Below are positions 1 to 10,858 of a stretch of 64,000 nt of DNA, one piece after another. Origin of the DNA: an uncultured Verrucomicrobiae bacterium (GTDB lineage: Bacteria; Verrucomicrobiota; Verrucomicrobiia; Chthoniobacterales; JAFAMB01); assembly GCA_963837955.1 (NCBI GenBank), contig CAWIPH010000002.1, positions 3,872,001 to 3,936,000 on the forward strand, written 5' to 3'. The translations under genes were made by a program, and so were the position numbers. The notes under the pieces are model-generated. The model ran no database searches. It was not told the origin of the DNA and was given only the letters and a program-made list of their open reading frames with translations. Numbering within the stretch: the first letter of the stretch is position 1; each line of letters opens with the position of its first letter.

Positions 1-125
1 CGGCGCTGGCGGTTTTTGCGGCGATTGTCAGCTTTAATTTCAATGCCATTACCTCTCTGGGTGCGGATGAACAGGATCCCGTAGATGATGTGGCGCAGGT
101 CCTATGGGATTCGGCTGGAAACTGA
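1..125 (+). CDS. partial CDS (3' end), hypothetical membrane protein
   Basis: Open frame from base 3 (ALAVFAAIVSFNF...WDSAGN) ending TGA at 123-125, overlapping the next ATG at 104. Confidence 0.45.
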   Translation, partial: ALAVFAAIVSFNFNAITSLGADEQDPVDDVAQVLWDSAGN

Positions 126-493
126 CGATCTCCTTCTTTCTTCTTTTTTTGATTGGAGCACTTTGCGGAGTCGCCTTGACGCTCACGTTCGCCGTACCCC
201 ATCCCGCCGCGCAAACCCCAAAATCCTGGGAAGATAACGCCGTTCGCAACCTGACCAATCAGCTGAAATTGAACCCTTCTCAACAGGGCCAGGCACGCGC
301 GACAGTTCACGACGCTATTGCGCAGATTCGATTGATGCAGCGCGAGCAACAGTCTGAAAGTATTACTGTGTTCGATAGAGCGCTTCAGACGCTTTATCCC
401 ATGCTAAGCACCGAGCAACAGCACCAGCTTGATCTTTTTCGGCAGCGCCGCAGAGAAGCTCTGCAGAAGAAGCTTCCGAAATCGTCGCCGTAG
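104..493 (+). CDS. hypothetical membrane-anchored helical protein (Spy/CpxP-like LxLxPxQ repeats)
   Basis: N-terminal TM helix; LKLNPSQQ and LSTEQQ motifs. Confidence 0.65.
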   Translation: MGFGWKLTISFFLLFLIGALCGVALTLTFAVPHPAAQTPKSWEDNAVRNLTNQLKLNPSQQGQARATVHDAIAQIRLMQREQQSESITVFDRALQTLYPMLSTEQQHQLDLFRQRRREALQKKLPKSSP

Positions 494-518
494 CAGCTCT
501 AGGGGCGTGTCGAAAGCT

Positions 519-665
519 CATAGGTCCTATGCGACCCATGAGACCTATGTGACCCATGTGCCCTGTGTGACCCATGTGCCCTGTGCGACCCGTGTGCCCT
601 GTGCGACCCATGAGTCCTATGTGACCCATGAGCCCTATGTGACCCGCGACCCATGCGACCCGCAG
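519..665. repeat. degenerate 9/18-bp tandem repeat (GACCCATGT/GCCCTGTGT)
   Basis: Visible periodic array; shadow ORFs read (GHT/GHM)n. Confidence 0.85.
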
Positions 666-755
666 CTTGCCGCGACCGCAACTCGACAGCCATGCGGGCG
701 CTAAATTCCCATTCTGATTTGACTATACCGGATTAGTATTCTTAACTCTCCCTCC

Positions 756-1706
756 ATGGGGATCCGGAGAGTTTTTTTAGCGTTGCTTCTGTTCGCCGCG
801 ACTGTCGGATCCGCCTCCATTGCTTCTGCTGAAGCAGCAAAAGTGCTTCGAATCGGATTCCAAAAATCGGGCGTCTTCCTTCTGCTGCGTAACGACGGAT
901 TGCTCGAAAAGAAATTAGCTGCGCTAGGGTATACGGTCGAATGGCGAGAGTTTTCGTATGGCTCGCCGATTTTGGAAGCAGTGAACGCGGGTAGCATTGA
1001 CGTCGGCCATTCCGGAGATGCTCCCGTGATATTCGCTCAGGCTGCAGGAGTCGCGTTTTCTTACATCGCCGCCACCGATGAAAGCCCGGAAAGCGCCGGG
1101 GTCGTTGTCCGCAAAAACTCGCCAATCCAGAGATTTACCGAACTCCGCGGTAAAACCATCGCATTTGCCAAAGGCTCGAGTTCCCATCATCTGCTGGCTC
1201 AACTGCTGGTCCGCAACGGAATGACATTCGACGACATCAAGCCCGCATATCTGCAGCCGCCCGATGCCAGGGCCGCATTTGAGTCCGGCACCGTTGATGC
1301 CTGGGCAATCTGGGATCCATTCCTGGCGGCTGCCGAGGTGGAAGGCGATGGCAGGGTCGTAGCCAGTGGAGCGGGCTTTAATGGGCATCGGGAATACTAC
1401 TTCGCCCGGAACGAGTTCCTCGCTGCTCACCCAGAAGTGCTTGCGCCGCTGCTCACCGCGCTTGACGAAGTGGGCGTCAAGGCAAAGCAAGATCCCAAAG
1501 GAACTGCCGACTTTCTCGCCGCCAAGCTCGGCGTTTCGCCGGCGGTGATGGAGCGCTCCGAATATCGCAAGCAGCGTTACAACGCCCGACCGCTCGATGA
1601 TGACATGGTCCAGGAACAACAGGAGGCTGCCGATACCTTCCTCCGGCTTGGTCTGATCCCGCACAAAATCAGTGTCTCAGAAAACCTCTGTATCGGAGCG
1701 AAATAG
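756..1706 (+). CDS. ssuA: aliphatic sulfonate ABC transporter substrate-binding protein
   Basis: Signal peptide, [21 protein letters not shown]; operon context. Confidence 0.93.
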   Translation: MGIRRVFLALLLFAATVGSASIASAEAAKVLRIGFQKSGVFLLLRNDGLLEKKLAALGYTVEWREFSYGSPILEAVNAGSIDVGHSGDAPVIFAQAAGVAFSYIAATDESPESAGVVVRKNSPIQRFTELRGKTIAFAKGSSSHHLLAQLLVRNGMTFDDIKPAYLQPPDARAAFESGTVDAWAIWDPFLAAAEVEGDGRVVASGAGFNGHREYYFARNEFLAAHPEVLAPLLTALDEVGVKAKQDPKGTADFLAAKLGVSPAVMERSEYRKQRYNARPLDDDMVQEQQEAADTFLRLGLIPHKISVSENLCIGAK

Positions 1707-1713
1707 AATTTAC

Positions 1714-2889
1714 ATGAAACTGTTTTGGTTCATTCCTACGCACGGAGATGGCCGGTACCTCGGCACCAGTGAAGGCGGCCGGGCGCTGGATCTCACGTAT
1801 TTGCAGCAAGTCGCCGAGGCAATCGACCGGCTCGGCTTTTATGGCGCTCTTTTGCCAACCGGACGTTCGTGCGAAGACGCGTGGGTTGCCGCATCGTTCC
1901 TGGCTGCGACCACCCATCGGATGCGCTTCCTAGTCGCTATCCGCCCGGGCCTGATTTCTCCGACTTTGGCGGCTCGCATGGCTGCTACCTTCGATCGGCT
2001 GAGTCGCGGCCGATTGCTCATCAACGTCGTGACGGGCGGCGATCCCGTAGAACTTGCCGGTGATGGGTTGTTTCAGAATCACGATGAACGCTACGAAATA
2101 ACAGACGATTTTCTCACGATCTGGCGTGCGCTGCTTTCAGGCGAGACGGAAGTAAATTTCGAAGGAAATCATCTGACGGTTCGCGACGCAAAAATTCTGT
2201 ATCCAGCGTTTCAACAGCCGTACCCTCCGCTCTATTTTGGCGGATCTTCCGACGCCGCGATTGACGTTGCGGCGAAACATATTGATCACTATCTCACTTG
2301 GGGCGAACCGCCCGCTCAAGTGGCGGAAAAGATCGATCGGGCCCGCCGAGCGGCGGCTGGGAAGGGCCGTGAGCTTCGTTTTGGCATCCGCCTCCATTTA
2401 ATTGTCCGCGAAACCGATGCTGAGGCGTGGCGAGACGCGGAAAGTTTGATCAGTCGCCTAACCGATAAGACGGTCGCGGCTGCGCAGAAGTTGATGGCAC
2501 GACACGACTCCGCGGGCCAACAACGGATGATTGCCCTTCAGAAAGTCAATGGAGGGAACCGCAGCCGCGCCGCCTTAGAAGTCAGCCCGAATCTTTGGGG
2601 CGGCGTTGGGTTAGTCCGGTCGGGCGCCGGCACAGCCTTGGTCGGGGACGCTGAAACGGTCGCTGAACGTATTCGCGAATATCATTCATTAGGGATCGAA
2701 ACGTTCATCTTCTCTGGATATCCACATCTCGAAGAAGCTTATCGCGCGGCGGAACTCCTCTTTCCCCGGTTGCCGCTGGAACATGAGGAGACCGAGTCGC
2801 CTGGTGGCCGGAATCCGCGAGGAGGAGAAATAGCGATCAAAGGCGAAATGGTCGCCAACGAACTGCTGCCAGCCCGAACGACAAAATAA
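1714..2889 (+). CDS. ssuD: FMNH2-dependent alkanesulfonate monooxygenase
   Basis: [39 protein letters not shown]; start set at ATG 1714. Confidence 0.97.
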   Translation: MKLFWFIPTHGDGRYLGTSEGGRALDLTYLQQVAEAIDRLGFYGALLPTGRSCEDAWVAASFLAATTHRMRFLVAIRPGLISPTLAARMAATFDRLSRGRLLINVVTGGDPVELAGDGLFQNHDERYEITDDFLTIWRALLSGETEVNFEGNHLTVRDAKILYPAFQQPYPPLYFGGSSDAAIDVAAKHIDHYLTWGEPPAQVAEKIDRARRAAAGKGRELRFGIRLHLIVRETDAEAWRDAESLISRLTDKTVAAAQKLMARHDSAGQQRMIALQKVNGGNRSRAALEVSPNLWGGVGLVRSGAGTALVGDAETVAERIREYHSLGIETFIFSGYPHLEEAYRAAELLFPRLPLEHEETESPGGRNPRGGEIAIKGEMVANELLPARTTK

Positions 2890-2897
2890 CTTTTGGT

Positions 2898-3680
2898 ATG
2901 ATCGATTTCTCCAGCGGAAACTGGCGTAACGCCGTAGTTCCTTGGTTGCTTCCGGCGGCTCTGATCGCCGCCTGGCAAGGCGCTTCGCTGGCCGGCTGGT
3001 TACCAGGCAATGTGGTTCCATCGCCTCTCTCCGTGCTGCTGGCGGGACTTCATCTCGCTGGAACGGGCGAGTTAGGGATCCATCTCTGGGAGAGTTTTCA
3101 GCGAGCGATGATCGGTCTCTTCATCGGAGGAGCAATCGGTTTTGTTCTTGGCCTGATAAACGGTCTTTTCACGATGTCGAACCGGGTTCTGGATTCGTCG
3201 CTCCAAATGATTCGGAACATTCCGCATCTCGCATTGATCCCGCTCGTCATTCGATGGTTCGGTATCGGAGAGCAGGGCAAACTTTTTCTGATCGTCCTCG
3301 GAGTCTTCTTCCCGATTTATATCAATACGATGCACGGGATCCGTTCGACGGACCCTCGATTGCTCGAAATGGGAAAGGTTTACGGCCTGCATCCTTGGGG
3401 GTTACTCACCCGCATCATCTTGCCCGGCGCGCTTCCGTCCATTCTCGTGGGGTTGCGCTACGCGTTAGGGATCATGTGGCTGACGTTGATCGTTGCAGAG
3501 ACTATCGCCTCTGACAGCGGCATTGGGTTCATGGTGATGAATGCGCGCGACTTTCTGCAGTTCGATGTCGTGATATTCGGCATCTTACTCTACGCGCTGC
3601 TCGGCAAAGCCGCCGACAGCGCCACCCGCGGACTAGAACGATGGTTTCTGCGCTGGAACCCGAACTACCAGAACGCCTAA
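2898..3680 (+). CDS. ssuC: sulfonate ABC transporter permease
   Basis: [21 protein letters not shown]. Confidence 0.95.
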   Translation: MIDFSSGNWRNAVVPWLLPAALIAAWQGASLAGWLPGNVVPSPLSVLLAGLHLAGTGELGIHLWESFQRAMIGLFIGGAIGFVLGLINGLFTMSNRVLDSSLQMIRNIPHLALIPLVIRWFGIGEQGKLFLIVLGVFFPIYINTMHGIRSTDPRLLEMGKVYGLHPWGLLTRIILPGALPSILVGLRYALGIMWLTLIVAETIASDSGIGFMVMNARDFLQFDVVIFGILLYALLGKAADSATRGLERWFLRWNPNYQNA

Positions 3681-3693
3681 ACAGAGCCTTCTC

Positions 3694-4458
3694 ATGCAAA
3701 CGCTGGAAAAAGATACAACTTTGAGCGCTGCCGGTTTGGCCCCATTTCTCAAGGTGCAATCCGTTAGTAAACGATTTGGCGAGCGTGTCGTCTTGCGGAG
3801 TGTCGATCTCGCGGTTCAAGAGGGGGAAATGGTTGCCATCGTTGGAAAAAGCGGCTGCGGTAAATCCACTTTACTGCGTTTGCTCGCCGGCTTGGAAAAA
3901 CCCAGCGAAGGTACCATAGCGGTTGACTCCGATCTCGTGAACGGCCGCAATCGCTCCGCGCGCCTGATGTTCCAAGATTCTGCACTCTTGCCTTGGGAGA
4001 CGGTCCTGGAGAATGTCGCTCTCGCTGCTCCTGACCCGGCTCGCCGGCGCGAATCCGCTCAAGAAGCGCTTCGGCAGGTCGGGTTGGCACATCGTGCTAA
4101 AGATTGGCCCTCTATCTTGTCTGGCGGTCAGAGACAACGGATAGCCCTAGCCCGAGCCTTGGCCAGCGAGGCGCGTTTGATCCTGTTCGATGAACCGCTC
4201 GGGGCGTTGGATGCCCTTACCCGATTGGAAATGCAAAATTTGATCGAGAGACTTTGGCAACAGCGCGGTTTCACTGCAGTCCTGGTTACGCACGATGTTG
4301 AAGAAGCGGTAGCCTTGGCTGACCGGGTCTTATTGATGCAACATGGTGAATTCGGACACGAGAGCCTGGTGTCCCTCTCGCGTCCACGCGACCGCTCAAG
4401 TGCGGAATTTGCGACTCTGAAGGCCGAAATTCTGTCTCGCGTGCTTCAGGAAAGATAA
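3694..4458 (+). CDS. ssuB: sulfonate ABC transporter ATP-binding protein
   Basis: [29 protein letters not shown]. Confidence 0.94.
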   Translation: MQTLEKDTTLSAAGLAPFLKVQSVSKRFGERVVLRSVDLAVQEGEMVAIVGKSGCGKSTLLRLLAGLEKPSEGTIAVDSDLVNGRNRSARLMFQDSALLPWETVLENVALAAPDPARRRESAQEALRQVGLAHRAKDWPSILSGGQRQRIALARALASEARLILFDEPLGALDALTRLEMQNLIERLWQQRGFTAVLVTHDVEEAVALADRVLLMQHGEFGHESLVSLSRPRDRSSAEFATLKAEILSRVLQER

Positions 4459-4526
4459 GGGTTTCGGCACCTTCGACAGAAGCAACCTGACGACGTCGCC
4501 CCTGGCGGGGAGCCTACGAGTGCGGA

Positions 4527-4672
4527 GTAGCCTGATCCTCCAGGCTCAGGAATCTCAGCGGGCAGGAGGATCGTGAGAGGTGATCGGTGAGAAGTGATTG
4601 GTGAACTGTGAACTCCTATCGGTCCTCTCACTAATCACTGACACGCTTCCTGAGGCTGGAGCATCAGGCTAC
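4527..4672. repeat. GTAG-type REP doublet (REPIN/MITE-like), family A
   Basis: GTAGCCTGATCCTCCAGGCTCAGG ... CCTGAGGCTGGAGCATCAGGCTAC inverted arms; related copy in opposite orientation at 31227-31371. Confidence 0.8.
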
Positions 4673-4882
4673 TTATTGCGGAGTATCACCGCTTACTGAC
4701 CCGCTCTTTTTCGATTCTGGAAGCTTCGATTCCGGAATGGAATGGTCATGGGAATTCGCAGTTGGCTCGGCTGGGCCGCCGTAAATGTCCCCAACGTTAT
4801 CTTCGCCGAAGTTGCAACCGCTAAGCAAAAAGGTCGCACTAATGGCGACGGCAATTAGAATTCGAGAGGTTAAGCCGGACAT
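4673..4882 (-). CDS. small lipoprotein
   Basis: MSGLTSRILIAVAISATFLLSGC lipobox. Confidence 0.6.
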   Translation of the reverse strand: MSGLTSRILIAVAISATFLLSGCNFGEDNVGDIYGGPAEPTANSHDHSIPESKLPESKKSGSVSGDTPQ

Positions 4883-5081
4883 ACCGCAGATACTTGCGTG
4901 CAACCGAATCGAATTCAACCCTCTAGCGAGCCTCGAAATCCGACGAGAAAGCTCGGGCCCAAAGAAAATAAACCTTTCGCTCGGTTATGTTTGGCTTTCA
5001 CTCGCTCGATAAGTAGATAGTTGTGCTGCCTACCGAATGCGAGTCGGCACGCGACTTTTAGTGCGCTAAAAACATAGCACA

Positions 5082-6629
5082 GTGAGCCCCCCAAAGGTTT
5101 CTCCCATCCGCCTACTAATCGCGCCGCTGGCAATCTTGCCCGTGCTGTATTTTGATTTTCTCGCGTATCAATCGGGAAATATTTGGCTCGGTCTGGTACT
5201 CCTGGGCGTGGCCGCAGTGGCTTTTTATGTCTATACGAGTGCGCGCGCCTACCCTTTTCGTTATTTGTTTCCCGGCCTCCTCTCTTTTGGTCTCTTTGTT
5301 ATTTTTCCGCTGCTTTACACCGTCTACATCAGCCTTACGAGATACAGCTCCAGCCACCTGCTTTCATATGAAGAAGTGGCGGATCTTCTGGAACAAGATT
5401 CTTACATCGTCCCAAATACAGCTTGCTATGACTACACCCTGTATCGGCAAAGCAGCGGGAAGTACGTACTTCTCCTCATCGATCAATCGAATCGAGAGCG
5501 ACGATTTCTGTCTGAGCCACTCGAGCTGCAACCCGGCCTGACGGTACGCAATCCAAAGCCGGTTCCGACGAATGCGATCCCGCCGGCTCAATCAATCGAC
5601 GGAGAACCGCTAAAAATTGGCCAGATCACCCGGGAACGTCTTTTCATCCCCCTGCGCGGAATTCGGTTCATCCTCCCTGGAGGACAAACGGTTGAAAAGG
5701 AAGGACTAGACCAATTTTGTTGCCGCAAACGGATTTGGAAGCGGAATCCGGATGGCTCATTCACCAATCAGAAGGACAACTCCACCATCCGCCCCGACTT
5801 CGCTCGCGGCATCTTTATCGATGATAACGGGGAACAGATAGGAATAGGGTTCCGCACGTTTGCGGGGCTAGATAACTACGTGAAGATAGTAACGGATCCG
5901 CAGATCCAAGTTCCATTTTTGCGGATTTTCCTCTGGACGGTTTTCTTCGCGGCGATTTCAGCGGTTGGCGCTTTCGCCATCGGGATGCTCCTGGGGGTCG
6001 TCTTAGAATGGAGGGAGATGCGGCTTCGCCACGTCTATCGGACACTTCTCATTCTCCCCTACGCGGTTCCAGCGGTTCTCTCGATCCTGATCTTTAAAGG
6101 CTTGTTCAACCAGGAATTCGGCGCAGTAAATCAGTTTCTCCATGCCCTACTCAGGTTTGCCCCCGAATGGGAAACCAACCCATGGGCGGCTCGAGCGATG
6201 GTCTTGCTAGTGAACCTCTGGCTCGGTTACCCGTATATGATGCTGATCTGCACCGGGATGCTCCAGTCGATTCCGTCCAGTATTTATGAGGCAAGCGCCA
6301 TCGAAGGCAGTAATCCCGTCACCGATTTCTTCCGCATCACGCTTCCTCTCGTCTTGCCGCCCCTCCTCCCCGTCCTGGTTGCGAGTTTCGCCTTTAACTT
6401 CAACAATTTTTCGGTGGTTTACCTATTGACCGGCGGAGGACCGAAAATGGCTGGAGGTGGCATTGCCGGGGAAACAGATATCCTGGTGACTTACACTTAC
6501 ACTCTGGCCTTTCGAAATTCGGAGAACAACTACGCTCTGGCCAGCGCCATCGCGACGCTGTTGTTTTTTCTGGTCGGCACATTAGCCTGGATCAATCTGC
6601 GGATGAGTTCCAAACGGATTACTTTTTAG
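5082..6629 (+). CDS. malF: maltose/maltodextrin ABC permease MalF (with large P2 loop)
   Basis: [50 protein letters not shown]. Confidence 0.93.
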   Translation: MSPPKVSPIRLLIAPLAILPVLYFDFLAYQSGNIWLGLVLLGVAAVAFYVYTSARAYPFRYLFPGLLSFGLFVIFPLLYTVYISLTRYSSSHLLSYEEVADLLEQDSYIVPNTACYDYTLYRQSSGKYVLLLIDQSNRERRFLSEPLELQPGLTVRNPKPVPTNAIPPAQSIDGEPLKIGQITRERLFIPLRGIRFILPGGQTVEKEGLDQFCCRKRIWKRNPDGSFTNQKDNSTIRPDFARGIFIDDNGEQIGIGFRTFAGLDNYVKIVTDPQIQVPFLRIFLWTVFFAAISAVGAFAIGMLLGVVLEWREMRLRHVYRTLLILPYAVPAVLSILIFKGLFNQEFGAVNQFLHALLRFAPEWETNPWAARAMVLLVNLWLGYPYMMLICTGMLQSIPSSIYEASAIEGSNPVTDFFRITLPLVLPPLLPVLVASFAFNFNNFSVVYLLTGGGPKMAGGGIAGETDILVTYTYTLAFRNSENNYALASAIATLLFFLVGTLAWINLRMSSKRITF

Positions 6630-6661
6630 CGCTCTTACTAAACCAAGGCAGTCGTCCGGCT

Positions 6662-7570
6662 ATGATCCCCGCCAACAGGCTTTTGCTTAAAAAAATCGCG
6701 GCTCACGGGTTCCTCCTCGTCACTCTCGCACTCGTCGTTCTACCTTTTGTCATGGTGGTGGTCGCTTCGTTGCGAAAAGGGAACTTCCCACCAAACAGCC
6801 TTTGGTTGCATCCGAACCAATGGAGCCTGGAGCACTGGAAGTACGTTCTCAATATCCCGTATTCGGAGGTAGTGAACCCCAGCACTGGTGAAACGAGGAT
6901 AATTCAGCCGCCGACCCCGCCTCTGCACTGGCTTTGGAACTCCGTCGTGGTTTCTGCCACGTCTTCGGCGGGAATTATCCTGCTTTCGGGCACAGCTGCC
7001 TATGCCTTCGCCAGAATGGAATTCAAGTTTCGGGGACTGCTCTTGCAGTCGCTGCTCATCCTGCAGATGTTTCCAGCGGTGCTCGCGTTGACCGCCTATT
7101 ATACAATCCTTGATTCTATCGGGCGGCAGGTCGAATGGTTAGGTCTAAACACTTTGCCTGGATTGATCTTGATTTACCTGGCGGGCGTTTCAACCAACAT
7201 TTGGATGATTAAGGGATACTTCGATACAATCCCCCCTAGTATAGAAGAGTCGGCTCGGATCGATGGAGCTTCACCCTTTCAGACTTTTGTCCGCATCCTG
7301 CTGCCGATCAGTGCCCCCATTTTTGCCGTTGTATTTATCTTGTCGTTTATTTACACCATGTCCGAGTATCCTGTTGCCTCGGCTGTGCTCGGAACCCCCC
7401 AGAACTGGACATTGGCCGTTGGCGCAGGTTCATTACTTCGAGAACACGAAAAATTATGGGGTCATTTTGCAGCCCTTGCGATCTTGAGCGGCGTACCAAT
7501 TACGGTAATGTTTCTACTTTGCCAGCGCTTTGTTATTGGCGGGCTGACAAGCGGTGGTATTAAAGAATAA
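6662..7570 (+). CDS. malG: maltose ABC permease MalG
   Basis: [40 protein letters not shown]. Confidence 0.92.
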   Translation: MIPANRLLLKKIAAHGFLLVTLALVVLPFVMVVVASLRKGNFPPNSLWLHPNQWSLEHWKYVLNIPYSEVVNPSTGETRIIQPPTPPLHWLWNSVVVSATSSAGIILLSGTAAYAFARMEFKFRGLLLQSLLILQMFPAVLALTAYYTILDSIGRQVEWLGLNTLPGLILIYLAGVSTNIWMIKGYFDTIPPSIEESARIDGASPFQTFVRILLPISAPIFAVVFILSFIYTMSEYPVASAVLGTPQNWTLAVGAGSLLREHEKLWGHFAALAILSGVPITVMFLLCQRFVIGGLTSGGIKE

Positions 7571-7591
7571 TCAACCCCCCCGAGGACGACA

Positions 7592-8719
7592 ATGAGTCAA
7601 GCACCTGTACACATCAAAGATCTGGTAAAAACCTATACGGACGACCGTGGTCGGCCGACATTCACCGCTGTCAAAAACATCAACCTGAATATCGAGGATG
7701 GCGAGTTCATGGTCCTGGTCGGGCCATCCGGGTGCGGGAAGACTACTACACTTCGCATGGTCGCCGGCTTAGAGAAGATCTCGAGCGGAACCATCTCTAT
7801 CGGTGATCGCGTGGTAAACGATCTAGAGCCGAAAGATCGGGGTATCGCCATGGTATTCCAGAATTATGCGCTCTATCCGCACATGAGCATTTTCAACAAC
7901 ATGGCGTTTGGGCTACAACTCGCCAAAAAGAAGAAAGATTTCATTCAGGAGACGGTCACCCGGACATCGCAGGCCCTGGGCCTCGATAAGATGCTCGAAC
8001 GCAAGCCGCAAGCTCTCTCCGGTGGTCAGCGCCAACGGGTTGCTCTCGGGCGAGCCATCGTGCGAAATCCACAGGTTTTCCTGTTCGACGAGCCGCTTTC
8101 CAACCTCGACGCCAAAATGCGCGTGCAAATGCGGTCTGAAATCTCCCGGCTCCATGGGCAGCTTGGTTCTACGATGATTTACGTCACGCATGACCAAATA
8201 GAAGCCATGACCATGGGCGATCGGATCTGTGTCATGAAGGATGGCGTGATCATGCAGGTGGCTGATCCGCTCACGCTGTACCGGAAACCGGAAAACCTGT
8301 TCGTGGCCGGCTTTATCGGAAGCCCGCCCATGAACCTGCTTCGCGGCAAGATCGAAAAGCGGGATACCGGGTTGGTATTCACCGAGACCGCGGAACAGAA
8401 CGCTATCTCGATGGCTATCAAGGGTCCGCTGGAACCCTTGGCGGCAAGATACGTCGGTAAACCGATCGTTCTAGGGGTGCGTCCGGAACATATGACGGAG
8501 GAAAACAAGAACGGCACACACATTCCGGTCTCGTCAACGGTCGATATCGCCGAGCCGATGGGCTCGGAGTCACTCGTCTATATGAAGGCCGGCAACGGTA
8601 ATTTTATCGCGAAAATTCATGGGGAATATTTATTCCAGATGGGTCAGCCGCTGACGGTGTACGTTAATCTAGATAAGGTCCTCCTTTTCGACGCTGACAC
8701 GGAAGCCGTGATCCGCTAA
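7592..8719 (+). CDS. malK: carbohydrate ABC ATPase (MalK/MsmX/UgpC family)
   Basis: [36 protein letters not shown]. Confidence 0.9.
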   Translation: MSQAPVHIKDLVKTYTDDRGRPTFTAVKNINLNIEDGEFMVLVGPSGCGKTTTLRMVAGLEKISSGTISIGDRVVNDLEPKDRGIAMVFQNYALYPHMSIFNNMAFGLQLAKKKKDFIQETVTRTSQALGLDKMLERKPQALSGGQRQRVALGRAIVRNPQVFLFDEPLSNLDAKMRVQMRSEISRLHGQLGSTMIYVTHDQIEAMTMGDRICVMKDGVIMQVADPLTLYRKPENLFVAGFIGSPPMNLLRGKIEKRDTGLVFTETAEQNAISMAIKGPLEPLAARYVGKPIVLGVRPEHMTEENKNGTHIPVSSTVDIAEPMGSESLVYMKAGNGNFIAKIHGEYLFQMGQPLTVYVNLDKVLLFDADTEAVIR

Positions 8720-8739
8720 CCACCCCCCTAATCATCTAT

Positions 8740-8985
8740 ATGCGCCAAATCCTCGAGACCGAACAATACGTTCAAGTGCCGCCGATGATGATGTCTGATC
8801 CGTTTTATCGGATTACTTATTTGATCAAAGAAGAGATCCGGAAATACAAATGGCTGGAAGGGGAAAAAGGCCGTCAACTTTCGTGGGAGGACGCGCGCCA
8901 TGAGTGGACCAAACAGCATCAGAAAAAATACGAGTCATTCCTGATCGACACCCTTAAGTTTGACGACAGTTCAGCGACACATTAG
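8740..8985 (+). CDS. small hypothetical protein, DUF4032-like
   Basis: EEIRKYKWLEGEKGRQLSWEDARHEW motif. Confidence 0.65.
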   Translation: MRQILETEQYVQVPPMMMSDPFYRITYLIKEEIRKYKWLEGEKGRQLSWEDARHEWTKQHQKKYESFLIDTLKFDDSSATH

Positions 8986-9007
8986 TCGGTTCGAAATAGC
9001 TCCATTT

Positions 9008-9044
9008 GAAAAGGAGGCACTCCAGATTGCCTCCTTTCTTTTTT
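9008..9044 (+). terminator. rho-independent terminator
   Basis: AAGGAGGCA-loop-TGCCTCCTT followed by T tract. Confidence 0.8.
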
Positions 9045-9202
9045 GGTCTTTGGGCTCTAGAGCTATACCAGAATCATCCTCGTCGTCCTGATCGACAAAA
9101 CAGCAAATAGCAAATTTCGGCTATTGGTTATTAGCTCCCACCCTTCGAGGACGAAGGCGAAGATGCCGGTACAGAAACAATCTGCGATAATGACCGCATC
9201 TC

Positions 9203-10714
9203 ATGTCTGAACGGCTCTTTTCCTGGCTTACTTCTCGGGGAGCCGGCGTTCTGCTTCATCCCACTTCGCTTCCCGGGCCTTCTGGCATTGGTACTTTGGG
9301 TCGATTTGCTTTCCGCTTCGTCGATTTCCTGGCGGATACCGGTATGAAGTACTGGCAGGTTTGTCCTTTGGGTCCGACCGGGTTTGGTGATTCTCCCTAT
9401 CAGTGTTTTTCTGCTTTCGCTGGAAATCCCTATTTGGTGGACCTCGAAGACTTCCTGGAAGACGATTTTCTCTCAGCGGGCGATCTCGAGCCGCTCAAGA
9501 CGCTTTCCGAAACAGCAGTCGACTACGGTGCACAATGGCAACTTCGTTGGCTCGTCCTTCGGAAGGCGTTCGACGGATTTCGCACAAAAGCGAGACCGGA
9601 CCAGCAAGCAGCCTTTACCGAATTTCGCAAAAGCAATGAGGATTGGCTGGAGGCATACAGCCTCTTCATGGCCCTAAAATCGCAATTTAATAGTCGCTCC
9701 TGGGAGGAGTGGCCTACTGATGCCCGGTACTACGCCCTGGCCCAGCGCCTGCCCAGAACCAAAGAGCTGGAAGACGAAGTCTCTGCTAACGCTTTCTATC
9801 AGTTCAAGTTCTTTCAGCAATGGGACAAACTGAGACGGTACGCGGCTGATCGGAAAATCCAGATTTTCGGCGATATCCCAATTTTTGTCGCCAGGGATAG
9901 CGCCGACGTTTGGACTCGCCCGGAACTTTTTCAAATGACAGAAAGTCTGAGACCGACCGGCGTCGCTGGGGTTCCTCCGGACTATTTCGCAGCCGATGGT
10001 CAGCTCTGGGGTAATCCTCTGTACGCCTGGGAACGTCACGCCAAGGATGGCTTTGCTTGGTGGCTCGCACGGTTGCGTGCCAGCTTCCAGCTCTACGACG
10101 TCATCCGGATCGACCATTTTCGCGGTTTCGATGAATATTGTCGCATTCCGCCGGAAGCAACGAACGCTCGAGAATACCGTTGGGAACCGGGCCCAGGCCT
10201 CGAGTTGTTCCGAGTCATCCAAAAAGAATTTCCGCAAGCCAAGCTAGTGGCGGAAGACTTAGGCGTGATCACCGAATCGGTCCGCCGTTTAGTGGATCAG
10301 GCGGGATTACCGGGGATGAAGATTCTGCAGTTCGGGTTTGAAGGCGCCACCGAATATCTGCCGCACAATTGCGTGCCGAATAGCGTGCTTTACCCCGGAA
10401 CGCATGACAACGATACCTGTCGTGGCTGGTTCAATATTCAGCGTCCAAGCGTCAAAGATTTCGTGCACCGATATCTTCGCACGGAATCGGAAGAGATTGT
10501 GTGGGAAATCATCCATGCCGGCTATGCTTCCGCTTCACGGATCTTTATCGTGCCGATGCAGGATTTGCTCAACCTGGGGAGCGAGGCCAGGATGAACACA
10601 CCGGGCACGCCTTCCGGGAACTGGCGCTGGCGATTCACGTCAGCCCAGCTCGAAAATCTATGGAAAGATCGGGGCGAAGTACTCCGCGAATACGCGAGGC
10701 TCTACGAACGGTAG
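9203..10714 (+). CDS. malQ: 4-alpha-glucanotransferase (GH77)
   Basis: GVLLHPTSLPG, GVPPDYF, GQLWGNPLY, RIDHFRGF, AEDLG, GTHDNDT. Confidence 0.97.
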   Translation: MSERLFSWLTSRGAGVLLHPTSLPGPSGIGTLGRFAFRFVDFLADTGMKYWQVCPLGPTGFGDSPYQCFSAFAGNPYLVDLEDFLEDDFLSAGDLEPLKTLSETAVDYGAQWQLRWLVLRKAFDGFRTKARPDQQAAFTEFRKSNEDWLEAYSLFMALKSQFNSRSWEEWPTDARYYALAQRLPRTKELEDEVSANAFYQFKFFQQWDKLRRYAADRKIQIFGDIPIFVARDSADVWTRPELFQMTESLRPTGVAGVPPDYFAADGQLWGNPLYAWERHAKDGFAWWLARLRASFQLYDVIRIDHFRGFDEYCRIPPEATNAREYRWEPGPGLELFRVIQKEFPQAKLVAEDLGVITESVRRLVDQAGLPGMKILQFGFEGATEYLPHNCVPNSVLYPGTHDNDTCRGWFNIQRPSVKDFVHRYLRTESEEIVWEIIHAGYASASRIFIVPMQDLLNLGSEARMNTPGTPSGNWRWRFTSAQLENLWKDRGEVLREYARLYER

Positions 10715-10850
10715 GGTCGATGAGGAACGGGGCTTCCGGCTCAAATAAATTTTCGCCCTACCAACGCTGGACCATGCTCACGATCGGTAGGGCGAACGCT
10801 TTTGCGTGAGCCGCTCAGGGGTCCCGGCTCAAATGAATTTTCGCCCTACC
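10710..10850. repeat. two copies of GGTAGGGCGAA...TTCGCCCTACC hairpin repeat, family B
   Basis: Fills the gap between convergent malQ and glyA; same unit arrayed at 35884-36225. Confidence 0.85.
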
Positions 10851-10858
10851 CATCCGGA

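Noticed and set aside
363..704. His-rich repeat ORFs
   Set aside because: Translations of the 9/18-bp repeat
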